A stretch of 64,000 bases of DNA from Lama guanicoe (lineage: Eukaryota). The notes below the pieces were generated by a model, which saw nothing but the letters and a program-made list of their open reading frames with translations, made no database searches and was not told the DNA's origin. How positions within the stretch are numbered: the stretch's first letter is position 1; each line of letters starts with the position of its first letter. The stretch is taken from the NCBI GenBank assembly GCA_013239625.1, contig MU054391.1, positions 4,671,824 to 4,735,823 on the forward strand, in the 5' to 3' direction. Positions 36,641 through 49,299 of this stretch are shown piece after piece. The translations under genes were made by a program, and so were the position numbers.

Positions 36641-39600
36641 GAAGTGTCCTATGATTATTTCTCAGATTTGGGGTCTCAGTTCGGTTCTTGTGAGAAGCAA
36701 GTGCCTTCGGGGGCTGCCCGCGGAGGAAGGGTTTGTCGGGGGAGCTGGGGGGGGGGCGCGTGGACCTCCTGAGTCTTTCGGTCCTAATTCCCTGTTTGTG
36801 GTTTCTTCGTGTGGGAAAGTAAGAAGACTGAAAAGCCAGAAACCTGTGTTCTCCTTCTGAGTTTGGCCTAAAGGGAAGCCACAGCTTACAAACTTCTCTT
36901 ATTTTAAATGCTCACTCTCAAAAATCGATACCACTGCTTTCTTCCATTGGGTCAAGGGGGGCAGGAAATCACAGCAAAATCGTCTTTCCCCTTAGGAGAA
37001 CCATCCTGATTTATACAGAGAAAAAGTGGCTGTTATCAGCAGAGTAAGCTTTCTTAGAGAGGAAAAGTCTCACCCTTATCTCCACGAAGGCCCGCGAAGG
37101 CCAACTACGGTGACATTTCATTCTACTGCTATTAATTGCTCAGCGATAAAAGAAGATGAAGGAAATAAACACCGAAGAGGTCGACTGACTCTTCCACAAA
37201 CACGTACGGAGCCCCCCTTCTGCGCCGGGAGGTGGTGCTCACAGTTGTGCGCACAGAAAAGATGCCAGAAGTTATGCTTCTGAGCAATTCACAGTTCACT
37301 GCCTCCTCAAATGTGCCAAGAACCGATGCTTTAAGGTTAAAGAGGATTTGATTTTGTATTATATCTGTGTTTTAGAAAATACACCTTACCCAGATCTTTT
37401 CTGTACAAACCCTAGCATCCATCTGTACAACCAAAACACCCTCCCTCACTTTTTGCCTAGAGGCCACATCTCTCAAAAGCAGGTCAGGTCCGCTAGCCCG
37501 GCGCCGTCCCCTCCCCGCAGCACCTGGTCTCCTTGTGGTGGCCCCGGACGCGTCCATTACAACACCATTACAACAGCCCTTCTCCCCCAGGGGCCAGAGC
37601 CCCCATCGCTGTGTTCTCAGCAAGTACAGTGCACTTTGTAAATGGTTGCTGGAGGAACGAGCAGTTCCAGAAACTTTCTGGCTTCCTCTTTACTCAGCTC
37701 AACCTCAGTTCCCCTCTGGGATTTGTACCACACGGTCTCTGTCTTAGCTGGAATCCGCTGGTGACATGGCCTGGTTCCCCCTGCCAGCAATTACCACGAT
37801 CAAGAAATCAGCAGGTCACTGTGAGGCCACATTGCCCTCTAATAGACGCCCGTGATTTTCCAAAATTGTATTTAAAACAGAGCATTTATAGTCAATAAAA
37901 AGATTTTCTCTAAGAGCAAAAAGAATAAAAATCTCCAAGAACATCAGACTCTGGCGCCCTGGTTTACAGATGAAGTTCTTTGTCAGAAACCTTCCTGTCA
38001 GCGAACGGGTAGGAATTCCCTTCTGTCCTGGAAAGAACGAACTCCCAAGTCAACCTGAAACTCTGGTGTGAAAACACACACAGATGCGGCAGAGTTTGCA
38101 GACCGCCCTTCCCCCGCCCCTCCCAACGCCATCACCACACCGAAAAGCCTCTGCTAAGACACAGGCGGTGCTCAGGAGGTGCCAGTCGGGTGGTGCGAGC
38201 CTCCCCTTTACGGTTCTCTAAGTCGTTTGCATCTCTTTCCTTCTGCCTGTTTTTGGCCACTTTTCTATTCTCTTGATCATTTCAGTACTGGCAGGAGGCA
38301 GCGAGAAGCACAAAGAGGTGATATTATAATGTCCCCCTTTTTTTTTTCTAGTGGTATTTATGATAAAAGGCTTCAGGGGAAAGGGAGCTACATTTCTGAG
38401 CTGAAATGAGGGCTCTGAATATCCCCAGGGTTTTGATGATTCATGCAAGGGCTCGCCCCTATCTCCAGAGACATTTGATTCTAGCCAACAAGGACAGCCC
38501 AGAATCCTTTATTTCCCAAAGTGCTAGGCATTGTGTGAAATACAAGAGGACCAAAATTTGAGCCTCATCTCTCGAAGGAAACAAGGTGTGAGATAATTAT
38601 GAACTATTAAGACAGGAGACAGGACCAAATGTCCTGATCGCTAGAACAAGTGTTATCACAGAAATGCCGAGAGCAGGCTGCAGGTTCCTGAGCCAGATCT
38701 TTTTTTCTCATTCCCAGAAACATCGGGGCTGATGAGAATCAGCCTGGAGTCTTGACTTTCCCCTTTCCCGATGCAGGGAGCACCTGGGACAGCAACAAAG
38801 CAAGGTGCAAAAATGGTGGTGACAATAAAGACAGCCCAAGGTTTGCTCCTAACGATGGTCTGAGACCCCTGGGTGTCAGGTCAGCACCAGAAGGAACGAA
38901 TCCCTCAGGTCCCAGATCTGAAGCCCCTGACCTGGGACCCATCAAGCCATCCCCCGGGGATCTGAAGGCCCCCAACAGTCACCCTCTGGTCTCTGCCCTC
39001 CAAAGAACTCCACGTAGGGCACTTGGCCAGAGTGGAAACTCGGTTCAAGTTTGAAATTGAATTCTATGGTGTTCGTAGATCGTAAAACAGCGCAATTTTT
39101 CCTTGTTCTCTTTGCACGTAAGCTGACCTGCTGCACTGAAACTATTACTTAAAACAAAGGCGGATGATTTATAGCCAGACTTTCCCTCATAAATCACACC
39201 TGCAGCGTGGCGCTCGGGGCCCCCAGGCGAGGCGGCACTTGCCTTTTATAAATGACTGGGGTGAGCGCCGATGGGGAGGCTGCCGCCCGCGGTCCCAGGC
39301 CCCCGCCCCACGTTCACTCTGTCCTGGCTCGTGACTCCTGCAGGGACTTCAGACCCAGTTTTGCAGGCCTGCCGCTTGTGTTCTGTTCTGTTTTTTTATT
39401 TTTCAAATGAAGAAACGTCAAAATTAAAACCTATGGCTCTGCTGCCTGGACTTTGCCGGCCACAGAAATACAGCCGTGCCACTTGTCCCCCGCCTGCAGT
39501 CACAGCTCCTTCCTGTCGCCCACCTGGGACGGGGATGGAGGCAGCAGTCTGGACTTCACAGGAGCTGGAGCACCGGGGGCAGGAGGCGCTCTCGTTTGGC

Positions 39601-42373
39601 AGAGGAAGCTGGTGGAAACCCACAAAAGCCCCCTCTCCCCGAAATGCCCTGTGAGGGGTTGGGTGAGAGACACTCTCAGTCCTTGTCATGACTCCTGCTT
39701 CCGCCCAGCGCCGGCGGGGTCTCCGGGAAGCCAGGCGGAAGACTGTCCGGGAAGTAAGGATGCGGCTGCAATGCCTGGGAGAGCGGCTCAGATGCAGGGC
39801 AGCCCCTGCCAGAACCGCCTGGCGGAGGATGTGGCGTCGGGGGAGAAAAGGGTGACACCGTGTTCTCATAGCCCAGGGTAGTGACAGCAGGTCCCTGCAT
39901 CCAGATCTGAAAACACATTTATCTTTCGGAAAGGCCTGAGGACACACAGCAAGCTGGGGCTCTGAGATCCCGCAAGCACCCGCCTGCACTGCCTTCTTGT
40001 AGATGCTACGGTGGGAGGGGTGGGCTACCTGTGGGCTTCTCCCTCCTGGTGAGGGGGATGGGGACCCCCCACCTCAGCCACCACTGAGCCCTGTCCCTTA
40101 GGCAAGAGATCGAACCTTCTTAGGCCTCATTTTATCAGGCATATGGGTTCTGTTTTAACTGCCTCCTAACTCTAAAGTTGAAATACTCTAACGTCTACGT
40201 GGTCAAGGAAGATGGATGTTATTGGACCCGTGTTGCCCAGAGAACGTCCCAGAAAACCAGCTAAGGGTGGCGAAGACCAAAATCCTTGGGAAGTGCTAGG
40301 TTTCCTTACAAAGGCCTTCTCAGAAGCTTTTTCAGGTTTCCCCCTTTGATTATTTTATAGGGATTTTTCTTTTAACTTACAAAGAATGACATCATCATTA
40401 CATAAACAAACAACATGAGGGTTTAGAAAATAAATATTAATAATCTCATTTTCTCTACTCCAACCCCACCCCCAAAAGGTTTGGTAGGTCTCCACATCCT
40501 CTAGAACTTTCATAGATCATGACTCTTGGAGGGGGCAGAGCAAGAAAAGTGTCCCCAGATTGTTGGACCCCAGCACCCTTTTCCACGGAGCACCGCACAG
40601 GGCAGCGTTCTGTGGGAACACAGCTCTGTTCCACATACGAAGGGAGATTTTGAACGAGGGTGCAGATCCACTTGTGATGGAATAGAATTCTTTCACCTAA
40701 TTTACAAGTTGGCCAACAGATAAAATGCTGTTCGGCTTCCAGACCACAGGATTCTTTCATTCTTAGTAAGATTTTGGGGAATCTTTTAAATCACCTACCT
40801 GCCTTCTCTGGAGGAGGCTTTCAGAACTGGCTTTAAGGGGTCCTGCCCACTTGGGCTGTCACCTCACCTGTGTCCTTGGGGTCTTCCTGCATTAGGGTGA
40901 AGATGGTGTGACGCCAAACCATCTCTGCCCCTGAACCAAGAGGCTAGCAAAAGATGACACTTTTATCTTTATACCCTCTGTTCCTAGAGCAGCCCTGGTT
41001 CGTAGCATATCCTTGGTCAGCACGGTTGGACTTGTGGATGAAAAGAATATGACTGGGAACACTGGAGCCCTGGAGGGCTGGGTGACCCCACCCCAGATCA
41101 GGTCATGGTGGGACCCCCTGGGTTCCAACTTACATGTGCCAGCTGTGCTTTCATGGAGTGAATAAGTCCTACTAGAAGGATGACATGCAGGTGGAGACAC
41201 CAAAACCAAAACCAAAACTAAAATCCAAACAATCATAATGACAAGAATCTTTGCAATAAAATCCAGGAAAAAAAATTTTAAGTGATCCCCAGAACTGTAC
41301 TCTGAGCCAAACTACAAAGCACCTGCCTTGACTCACCCTCCTCAGACACGCATGTTTATGTCATCTACACAGGGATCTGCAGAGAGAAGGCACGTAGCTC
41401 GTAAGGTTCAAGTGCATTTCAAGATGCACTCAGTACTTGGCAGTAACACAAAGGCTGTTCTTGTGAAGTGTCTATGGAGAAAATTGCCAAAACTCAAGAC
41501 TAAATCCACAGACAAAAATTCCTGGTGTCAGGGCCGCCTTCCAGATATAACAGAAACTCTGCACAGTTTAGTGTCCAGTCAATGCAAACCAGGCTAACGT
41601 ATACAGCAAGATCATCTGTAAACTTCAACTGAATTAAAGCCATGTTCACACCTTACAGGACGCCGTAAGGTGGGCCCTCTGGGAAGGATTTACACGTCAC
41701 TCCACTGCATGGGTAGAAACCCATGGAGACGGCAGGCAAGAGTGTATCTTATCAGCTTTACTGGGTTCATCCAATAGCAACGGGTTCATCCTTCTTGACT
41801 GTCCATTTTTATGTTTAGTTGTTTGTTTGATTCAGGCAATATTTTTAAGGCTGAAAAAAAGAAAGATGTTTAATTACAAAGGTTTTCTATAGTCAAACAA
41901 TTCTACAAATTTTTAAACTTATCTCACCTCTTTTTTCTAATTATTTTAAGGAGTCTGTAATTAATATGCATCATAGGAAGACTTTGCATCTTCCTGGGGG
42001 AGAAAAGTAATAATAATTGTGTAAAAGACAGGCTGCCAATGCAACGATGAGCAAAGGAAAACAGGCCAAATTCAAGAACACACGGACCTAAGTTGCAGCC
42101 TGTTTTCATAGAATACTTTTCATTGCATTTTCCCACCCATCATAGAAATTTACTGTTAGAGAACTTCCTCCCTGAAGGACAGGAGCTAAGCCTGGAAGAG
42201 GACGGAAGAGCTTTGCTATCATTCTTGGGGGTTTTTGTTGTTGTTCATTAAGAGCCACTGACTTACAGAAATACGTATTAAAAGCTATAAACATGTTTGA
42301 ATCAATTCCTTTGGGTTGGATTTGCAGAGCTTTTTAGAGATAAAAATTATAATAATTGGACTTATCGCCTTTA

Positions 42374-42511
42374 TTTTTTGTTTGCTTTGGGGGGGTGAGG
42401 GAAAGTAATTAGGCTTAATTATTTATTTTTAGAGGAGGGGCCGGGGATTGAACCCAGGACCCTGTGCACGCTGAGCACGCGCTCTACCACTGAGCTGTAC
42501 CCTCCCCTCTA
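42374..42511 (-). mobile_element. tRNA-Ala-derived camelid SINE (Vic-1-like)
   Basis: Minus strand ggggagggtacagctcagtggtagagcgcgtgctcagcgtgcacagggtcctgggttcaatcccc...cctaattactttccc, A-rich tail; imperfect TSD gacttatcgccttta 42359-42373 / gactcattgccttta 42512-42526. Confidence 0.9.
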
Positions 42512-42589
42512 GACTCATTGCCTTTAAAATGAAGAATGGGGCACATAAAATGATTTCAGTAGAAGGTACAAACTGTAGGCAAGCCTGTG

Positions 42590-43520
42590 TGCTATGCCTG
42601 GTCCACTGTAGATGAGGAGGGAAGAAAGGGGGCAAATAGATGAAAAAGCAATGAGAAAAAGAGAGGAGGAGGGGATGGGGGCAGGAAAGAGGGGGAGGGA
42701 ATATCAACTCAGGGGCCAGACAAAACCAGCAAGTCCAACAGCAGTGGAGAAGGAAGGCCTTCTTGAGACGGTGACGTTTGCCCCAAGACCTAAGTCTTGA
42801 GAAGGAACGTTCTCAGCAGACGACACAGCAAGCAAGGTCCTCACAGCAGAAATAAGCCTGGCCTAGTCGAGTGTCTGGACACACAGATAAAAAGTCAGAG
42901 GCTCAGACGGCAGGCAGATCACATAGACCTTCTGAGACCTGGGGAGCTGGGGGAGGGTGAGTTTAGATTTTTATTAAAAACGCATAAAAGTCCATTGAAA
43001 TATTTCAAGCAGAGGGGTGATATGCTCTGCTATATAGTTTTTAAAAGGTCATCTGGCTGTTTTGGGGGACAGGAATTCAGATGGGAAAGAATGGATGCAG
43101 AAAGTTCAACTCTGTATGAAGAGGCAATAACCGTTAACCCGAAAAAGAGCTGATGCTGGTCTGGCCCAGGGCAGTAACTCTGAAAATGATGGGGAGGGTG
43201 GGATTGGAAAGACACTTAGGAAGTGAAGCTTTAGACTTGTTGTTAGATTTGATGTAAGGGGGGAAGGAAACAGACAATCCAAGAAGAATCCGGGGTTTGG
43301 GGACTAAGTAACTGGGTGGGTGGTGGCGTCGTTCATGCGAACGAGCAAGACTAGAAGACAGGTTTGAGGAGTGGAAAAGCTGATCACGTGCTGGGTTTTG
43401 GCGAGTTAATTCTGAGATGACCATAAGACAGCCAAGGGGAGCTGCAGTGCAGATCATCAGGTACATGAACCTGAAACCCCTTGGCAGGATCTGAAAGAGG
43501 TGGACTTGTACCCCGTCACC
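42590..43520 (-). mobile_element. L2 LINE fragment
   Basis: aggaaggccttcttgagacggtgacgtttg; cagatcacatagacctt; gtttagattttatt; aagcagaggggtgatatg; ttttaaaaggtcatctggctg; tctgagatgaccataagacagccaagg. Confidence 0.75.
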
Positions 43521-46500
43521 ATGCATCGGCTCATTCAATCTGATAGGGTGAGGTACACAGAGAAAATATCCCCACTTTCCAAGGGGAACACGGAGCCTCG
43601 GAGAGATCGAGTTGGTGCTAATAAAGGTAAAATCACTGAGGGCAGAATCGCCTCCTCCACATCCAGTGCCCTTTCCCCGACGCTGCACGGACACTGAGGA
43701 ACACACCGGCCGTAAGGAGAGAGTGGCTAAGTGTCGTCTGAGATTAGCCTATCAGAAATTTACCATTTTGATTATACAGCTGTTGACTTAAAGTTTAGGT
43801 GCCAAAGCTCATAACCACCTTTGTTAAGCTATCCCAGCTGATGTCCATCACCCTTCTTCTGAACTTAAAAACGGTCAAGTCCCCATAAAATTGTCTAAGA
43901 CTTGGAAATGGACCCAAAAAAAGATTTCTGGGTGTCTTGTCTAGTTCAGCATTTAGCTTTCTTCCAGTTTTTATTGTCTTTGAACTATTTTACGATAGTT
44001 GTAGAAATAGAAATAGTTGTAAGAAACGAATAGGATGTCAGATGATTCTTTTCCATAGAAATTCAAATTGTGTTTAGCGGGGATGGCGACTGATTACTGC
44101 TCTGTGGATTTTGGTCAATTTTGCATCTATTTGTAAAATCACTTCAGTGTTCCTGATGGCCTCTGTGTGTGTTTTGGATTCTCTTTGAAGTGGTTGTAAC
44201 ATCTAACTGGTTCCTCCACTAATCAATGAGTTAAATAGAATCTCTGACAGGCATTCATTTGTGTTTGTCTAAGAATCAGGATTTTAACCCTTTAAAGAAT
44301 TGTTCCTTTAGCATAAGACTACTTTTAATCCCAACTGTTATTTTTAAAGGAATATCCTCCTCAGTTTTCACAAGAATTTGTTCTTGTGAAAAGAAATTAT
44401 TTAAATTTTAGAAACCAATTTTGAGACTTTAAAAATATGGGTCTATTTACCAGAAGATAACTAGTGAGACTTTCTGATATTGAGCAGAATTTGTAGACAG
44501 ATTAAGGCTTCTGTAGCCCACAGGTCATGGATGCTATATTCAAACCATTATCTGTGTGATTTTGACCCTTTTGTAACCGAATGTCAAAAGCTATTTGCTA
44601 CACACCCTACGCACCACCCTTCTCCATGGACACACGTCCTTCTTTGTCGGGGTGAGAATATCAGTCCTCCACAGAGCACCTCCTCTTTGTTCAGCGAAGA
44701 GTCTCTGGACGGTCTCCTTTAGGACCTAATGAATATTTTGCTTTCAAACAAAAGCAAATGTCTCCTCCTACTTGGTATGAGGAATTGGCCACTGAAAACG
44801 GGGTTGAGATATCTGTAAAAAAGAAAAAAAAAAGCCCAAAGCTTATTGAGAAAATAAAATACAGAGCCAGACATGCAAAATTAAGGATCTGTCAGAAAGC
44901 ACAGTGGTGGTCCTGAGATCTGTAAGAAAAGATTTCAAGGGTCCCAAAGAGCAATTCAGCAGGGAGTCATTGGGAGTCATTCTCTTTGTTGGCCTGGGCT
45001 TAATACACGACCTGAAGGCTTTTTTTGGTGGCGGCGGTGGGGAGGGTGCAGGGGGTTGGGGCTGGGCTGGCACAGCTTGTGCTGGTAACTCCTCGGAGCG
45101 TGGCACCCAGGCCCTGAGTCCTGCTCCAGGGAAAGCCCGGTGAAGCCTGCCTCTGTGAACTAAGAGAGCTGTACCTTGGGAGGCCACCCACGGACCATCA
45201 CCCCAGCCTGTGCAGGGATGGAGAACACTGAGCATCAGCGCGTCATGGACAGGCATCCTCAGGGCTGCACAGGTGGGTTGCACCAGCGACACCATATTGT
45301 AGTCAGGGACAACTGCAGGAGCAACTTCCCCGTTCCCTCCACGGCTGACAGTTGGAAGCAGGACTGACTGAACTTCTTGGGACGAAGTAATACCTGCTCC
45401 CGAAGTTTACGTAAGTTTGGAGGCTACCCTCAACAGGCATACGCACATGTAACAAATTGATTGGAAATGTAAAAGTGATGTTTCCAAAATTGTATCTGAA
45501 GGGGTCAAAGGTTGTACAGGTCACACTGGTTCTTCTCTGATCAAACTCCCCTCTTATGCTTTGCCTAGAAATGGATAATCAAAAAGTCAGAATGGAGGGA
45601 AAAAATAGAAATTAAATACTCTTTATAGCTTTTTCGCTGCTTCAAGTGCAGCTTCTGCCCCTTCTCGGGGATGAGGGAGTGAGAAGGTCAGGAGAGATCG
45701 TCTGTGCTTCAATGCACCGCTTTGGTGACGCAGGAAAGATGTGAGCCCGGGTCCCAAGCCCACCAGAGCAGACAGCCCTGGTGCCAGGGCCTCAGGCCCA
45801 GGCTACATCCCGGCCTTAAGACCATCACTCAGGGCAGTTCCACCAGCTCGGAACTTGGGGCAAAATCTCTGGAAAACTGTAGTTGAAGAAATCTTTGCTT
45901 CTGATGACAAGAGGTCTTATGAGGAGCAATAAGATGAGGCTGCAGACAAAGACTTTGGGTTCTAGAGAGAAAGGTCCTGAGGAAGTCCACAAGGAGCCAG
46001 CCTTTCAGACAGGTGAGCATCCCAAGTGAGAAGCCCCAAAATAGAACCCTGGGGCTGGGGGCTCCCTCTACAGGTTCGCTTCCACGTTGCACTTCCCTGT
46101 AGACCTGGCGGCTCCTGTAAGGTCCCCAGGGTGGGGCGGCTGGTGGCCAGGGCCCTCGGCTTCTCTGCCCACCTGCAAACACTCATTGCGGAGGAAATTC
46201 AAGCACAGACTTCACCAGGAGGAAACTGGCTTAAAGCAAGAAATTCTTATCAACACTACCGCCTGTTTCACACAGACTCAGCCTCCAGGTCGGGATCAAA
46301 GTCCCCTTTGTTTCCTTGGGGTTTTCCCAGTGTCCTCCTATCCTCAATCTCTATACAACAAAAAGGAACTGAGTAGTTCACTAATACCAAATACTAAGTG
46401 GTTCCTTAATATCAGCAAGATCTATTTCAACAATCCTTTCCTTAAAAAATACAAAAGCAGGAAAATAAAATAAAACAAAATAAAATAGATGTGTAGATAA

Positions 46501-48576
46501 ATGAGGAAGTGAAGATCAGATGAACTGATTTGAGCACCAATGCTCATTGCTACAACTCCCTTCACTGCTATAAAACTGGCAGGGGGTCAGGTAAATAGAA
46601 ACATGAAAACCTAATTTCTACTTTCGAAGGACTTCAGTTTATTAGGCACTAAATTGTATTTTTTATTTTTAAATTTATCTTCTGAAAATGAAATAATGAC
46701 TGTTGGGTTTTGAATCGTGGATAAAATGTTCATCCAATAACTCATTAAAAATGTTCTATGAACACCTAAAAAAAATCTAGACTTTTAGGGGAATATAGAA
46801 CTTAAAGCTGGGGAACTTTGTAATAATTAAAACAAGTCAAATGCCGTTAGTTAGCCATCTTCCTTGGATATCTGTCTGGAGGAAAGGGAAACGAGGCTAT
46901 TTTTAGCATTTGTATTTGTCCTAAATCTATCCAGACAGATAGGACGGGGAGCAGTAGATATAAGCACTTAATTGTGAGAAACGTCCTTGGCAAAGAAAGA
47001 TCGTGTTAGGAACCGAACAGGAGAAGAGAGACCAAGAGAACAAGACAGGATGGCAGACAGGAATGAATTCCTTCCTCCTCGGTCAGTCATTTAAACTCCC
47101 CCCTGTTGGCAGTGAGGGAAAGTCACTGCAGTGCTATAAATAGAAACTGAGCCATCAGAAGATACAGAATCTGATCCTTTTACACTCTCCAGCACTATCC
47201 GGGGTCCACATCCACACCGTCCTCCCAACATGTATAGAAAAAAAAGCGACATGAAACATACTCCTCTACATATTTCTGTGCCCACTTCTGTTGTGAGATT
47301 ATTTAAATGAAAAGAAAGGAATTGTGGCACCATAGAGAACTAGCAGCCTTAACTGGAGAAGGAGGGGCCAGCCAGGCGTATTAATCACTTTGAAAATCTT
47401 GGGTCACAGAGCACGAGCACAGAATTATTCATTTATTCCCTCCTTCCTTCCTCTGTCCCGCTGTGGGCAGCTGACATGCAGAGGAGAGAGAGACACACAG
47501 AACAGCCACGTGAAAATGTGGCCGGTGACAGCCGCCACAGAGCCAGCTGATAAGCGTCCACACCCCAGCTCCTTCGGAAGGGGCAGAAACAGTTGAAGCC
47601 ACAGAGAAGCTATAAGTAGTATTTAACCCCTATTTTTTTTAATTCTTTTTTTTTTTCAATTCTCTCTCCTGAGGCCGAGGTAGAACACAAAACTGATTCT
47701 GGTTGAGCAGTGAGAACAGATTCAGGAACATGGTCCGGACCTTGGTCACTGGGCTGGATTCACACCTGGTGGAGAGGCCAGGGTCCGCCTTGTTCACGGA
47801 CGTGACAACAAACAACAGAACGGTGGCTGTAACTGACGAGGTGCCGGGCACTTCCTCGCCTGCCAAAGGTGGGCATGTAAATTTCCCTTGTCCAGTTGAG
47901 AAATCCGACGCTGTGAGGGGTTAACTAGCCGCTCGGGGACACACAGCTACTCAGTGGTGGGCGTAGACAGTGCAGCCAGGCCTGCACAGAAGACGTTTAC
48001 TAAATGAGGAGGGGTGAGCGAGGTGAGGTGGGCTCAGCCAAAGGGAATTCCAGGGGAAGGGCATGGGGCAAGCTAGGAATGCCCAGCTGGCCCAGGAAGC
48101 AGGAGTGGCAGGGATGTCTGGACACCAGGTCGTGATGATGAGCTGAGGGGCCCTGGATACTCAGTAGCTTGCGTGGACCTTTCATTACTTCCTTCCTCTC
48201 GGTACCTAGAAGAAGTGACTTGCAGGAAAAGGCTGGATTTTCTTTCTAGAGAATGCAGCACAAGTTTGGTTTTGTCTTCAAGGCTTGCCAACAGCAGGAC
48301 AAGGTCCCAGCTCCCTTACAGAGCCCAAGGTGGAAGTGGCTCAGAGGCTCTGCTCAGAGGTCTCTGACACCACCCATCAGCAAAGCCCCTGAGGCCAGCG
48401 AGTCGGGCAGAGCCGGGAGGGGCAGCTGGGACCGGAATAGAGAAGCTGCTCTTGGCTGAGAGGTCAGCCCCTCAACAAGGACCCGAGGCCCCTCCCAAAG
48501 GGCAAAGAAATGGGAACCGGCTGTGGGCCCTTAAAAACTGTCACATCTGGCCAAAACAATCAAGAAGGCCCTTCTA

Positions 48577-49299
48577 GAATGTAGCCTGGTGTAACCATTA
48601 TGTAAAACAGTGTGGAGATTCCTTTAAAAACTAAAAACAGACTTACCATATGATCCAGCAATCCCACTCCTGGGCCTATATCCAGAAAAGACAAAAACTC
48701 TAATTCAAAAAGATACATGAACCCCAATGTTCATAGCAGCACTATTTACAATAGCCAAGACATAGAAGTAACCCAAATGTCCACTGACAGATGAATGGAT
48801 AAAGAAGCTGTAGTATATTTATACAATGGAATACTACTCAGCCATAAAAAAGAATCCAATAATGCCATTTGCAGCAACATAGATGGACCTGGAGATTGTC
48901 ATTCTAAGTGATGTAAGCCAGAAAGAGAAAGAAAAATACCATATGATATCACTTATAGGTGGAACTAAAGAAAATGACACAAATGAACTTATTCACAAAA
49001 CAGAAACAGACTCACAGACACAGAAAACAAATCTATGGTTACCAGTGGAGAAAGAGGGTGCGGTGGAGGGATAAACTGGGAGTTCAGGACTTCCAGATAC
49101 TAACTACTATATATAAAATAGATGAACAACAGGGTCCTACTGTATAGCACAGGCAGCTATATTCAATACTTTGCAATGACCTATAATAAAAAAGAAAATG
49201 AAAAGGAATATATATGTGTATAACTGAATGCCATCCACCAGAAATTAACACAACATAGTAAACTGACTACACTCCAATTAAAAAAAAAAAAAGAAGAAG
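48577..49299 (+). mobile_element. Truncated L1 (ORF2 C-terminus with stops, 3'UTR, polyA)
   Basis: ccatatgatccagcaatcccactcctggg...TPMFIAALFTIAK...MDLEIVILSDVSQKEKEKYHMISL; polyA; TSD aagaaggcccttcta 48562-48576 / aagaaagcccttcta 49300-49314. Confidence 0.95.

Noticed and set aside
42436..42507. tRNA-Ala-like sequence as a real tRNA gene
   Set aside because: Followed by a SINE body and A-rich tail, flanked by a TSD, with a paralogous SINE at 2382.
48883..49074. ORF MDLEIVILSDVSQKEKEKYHM
   Set aside because: C-terminal remnant of L1 ORF2 with upstream in-frame stops; not a host gene.
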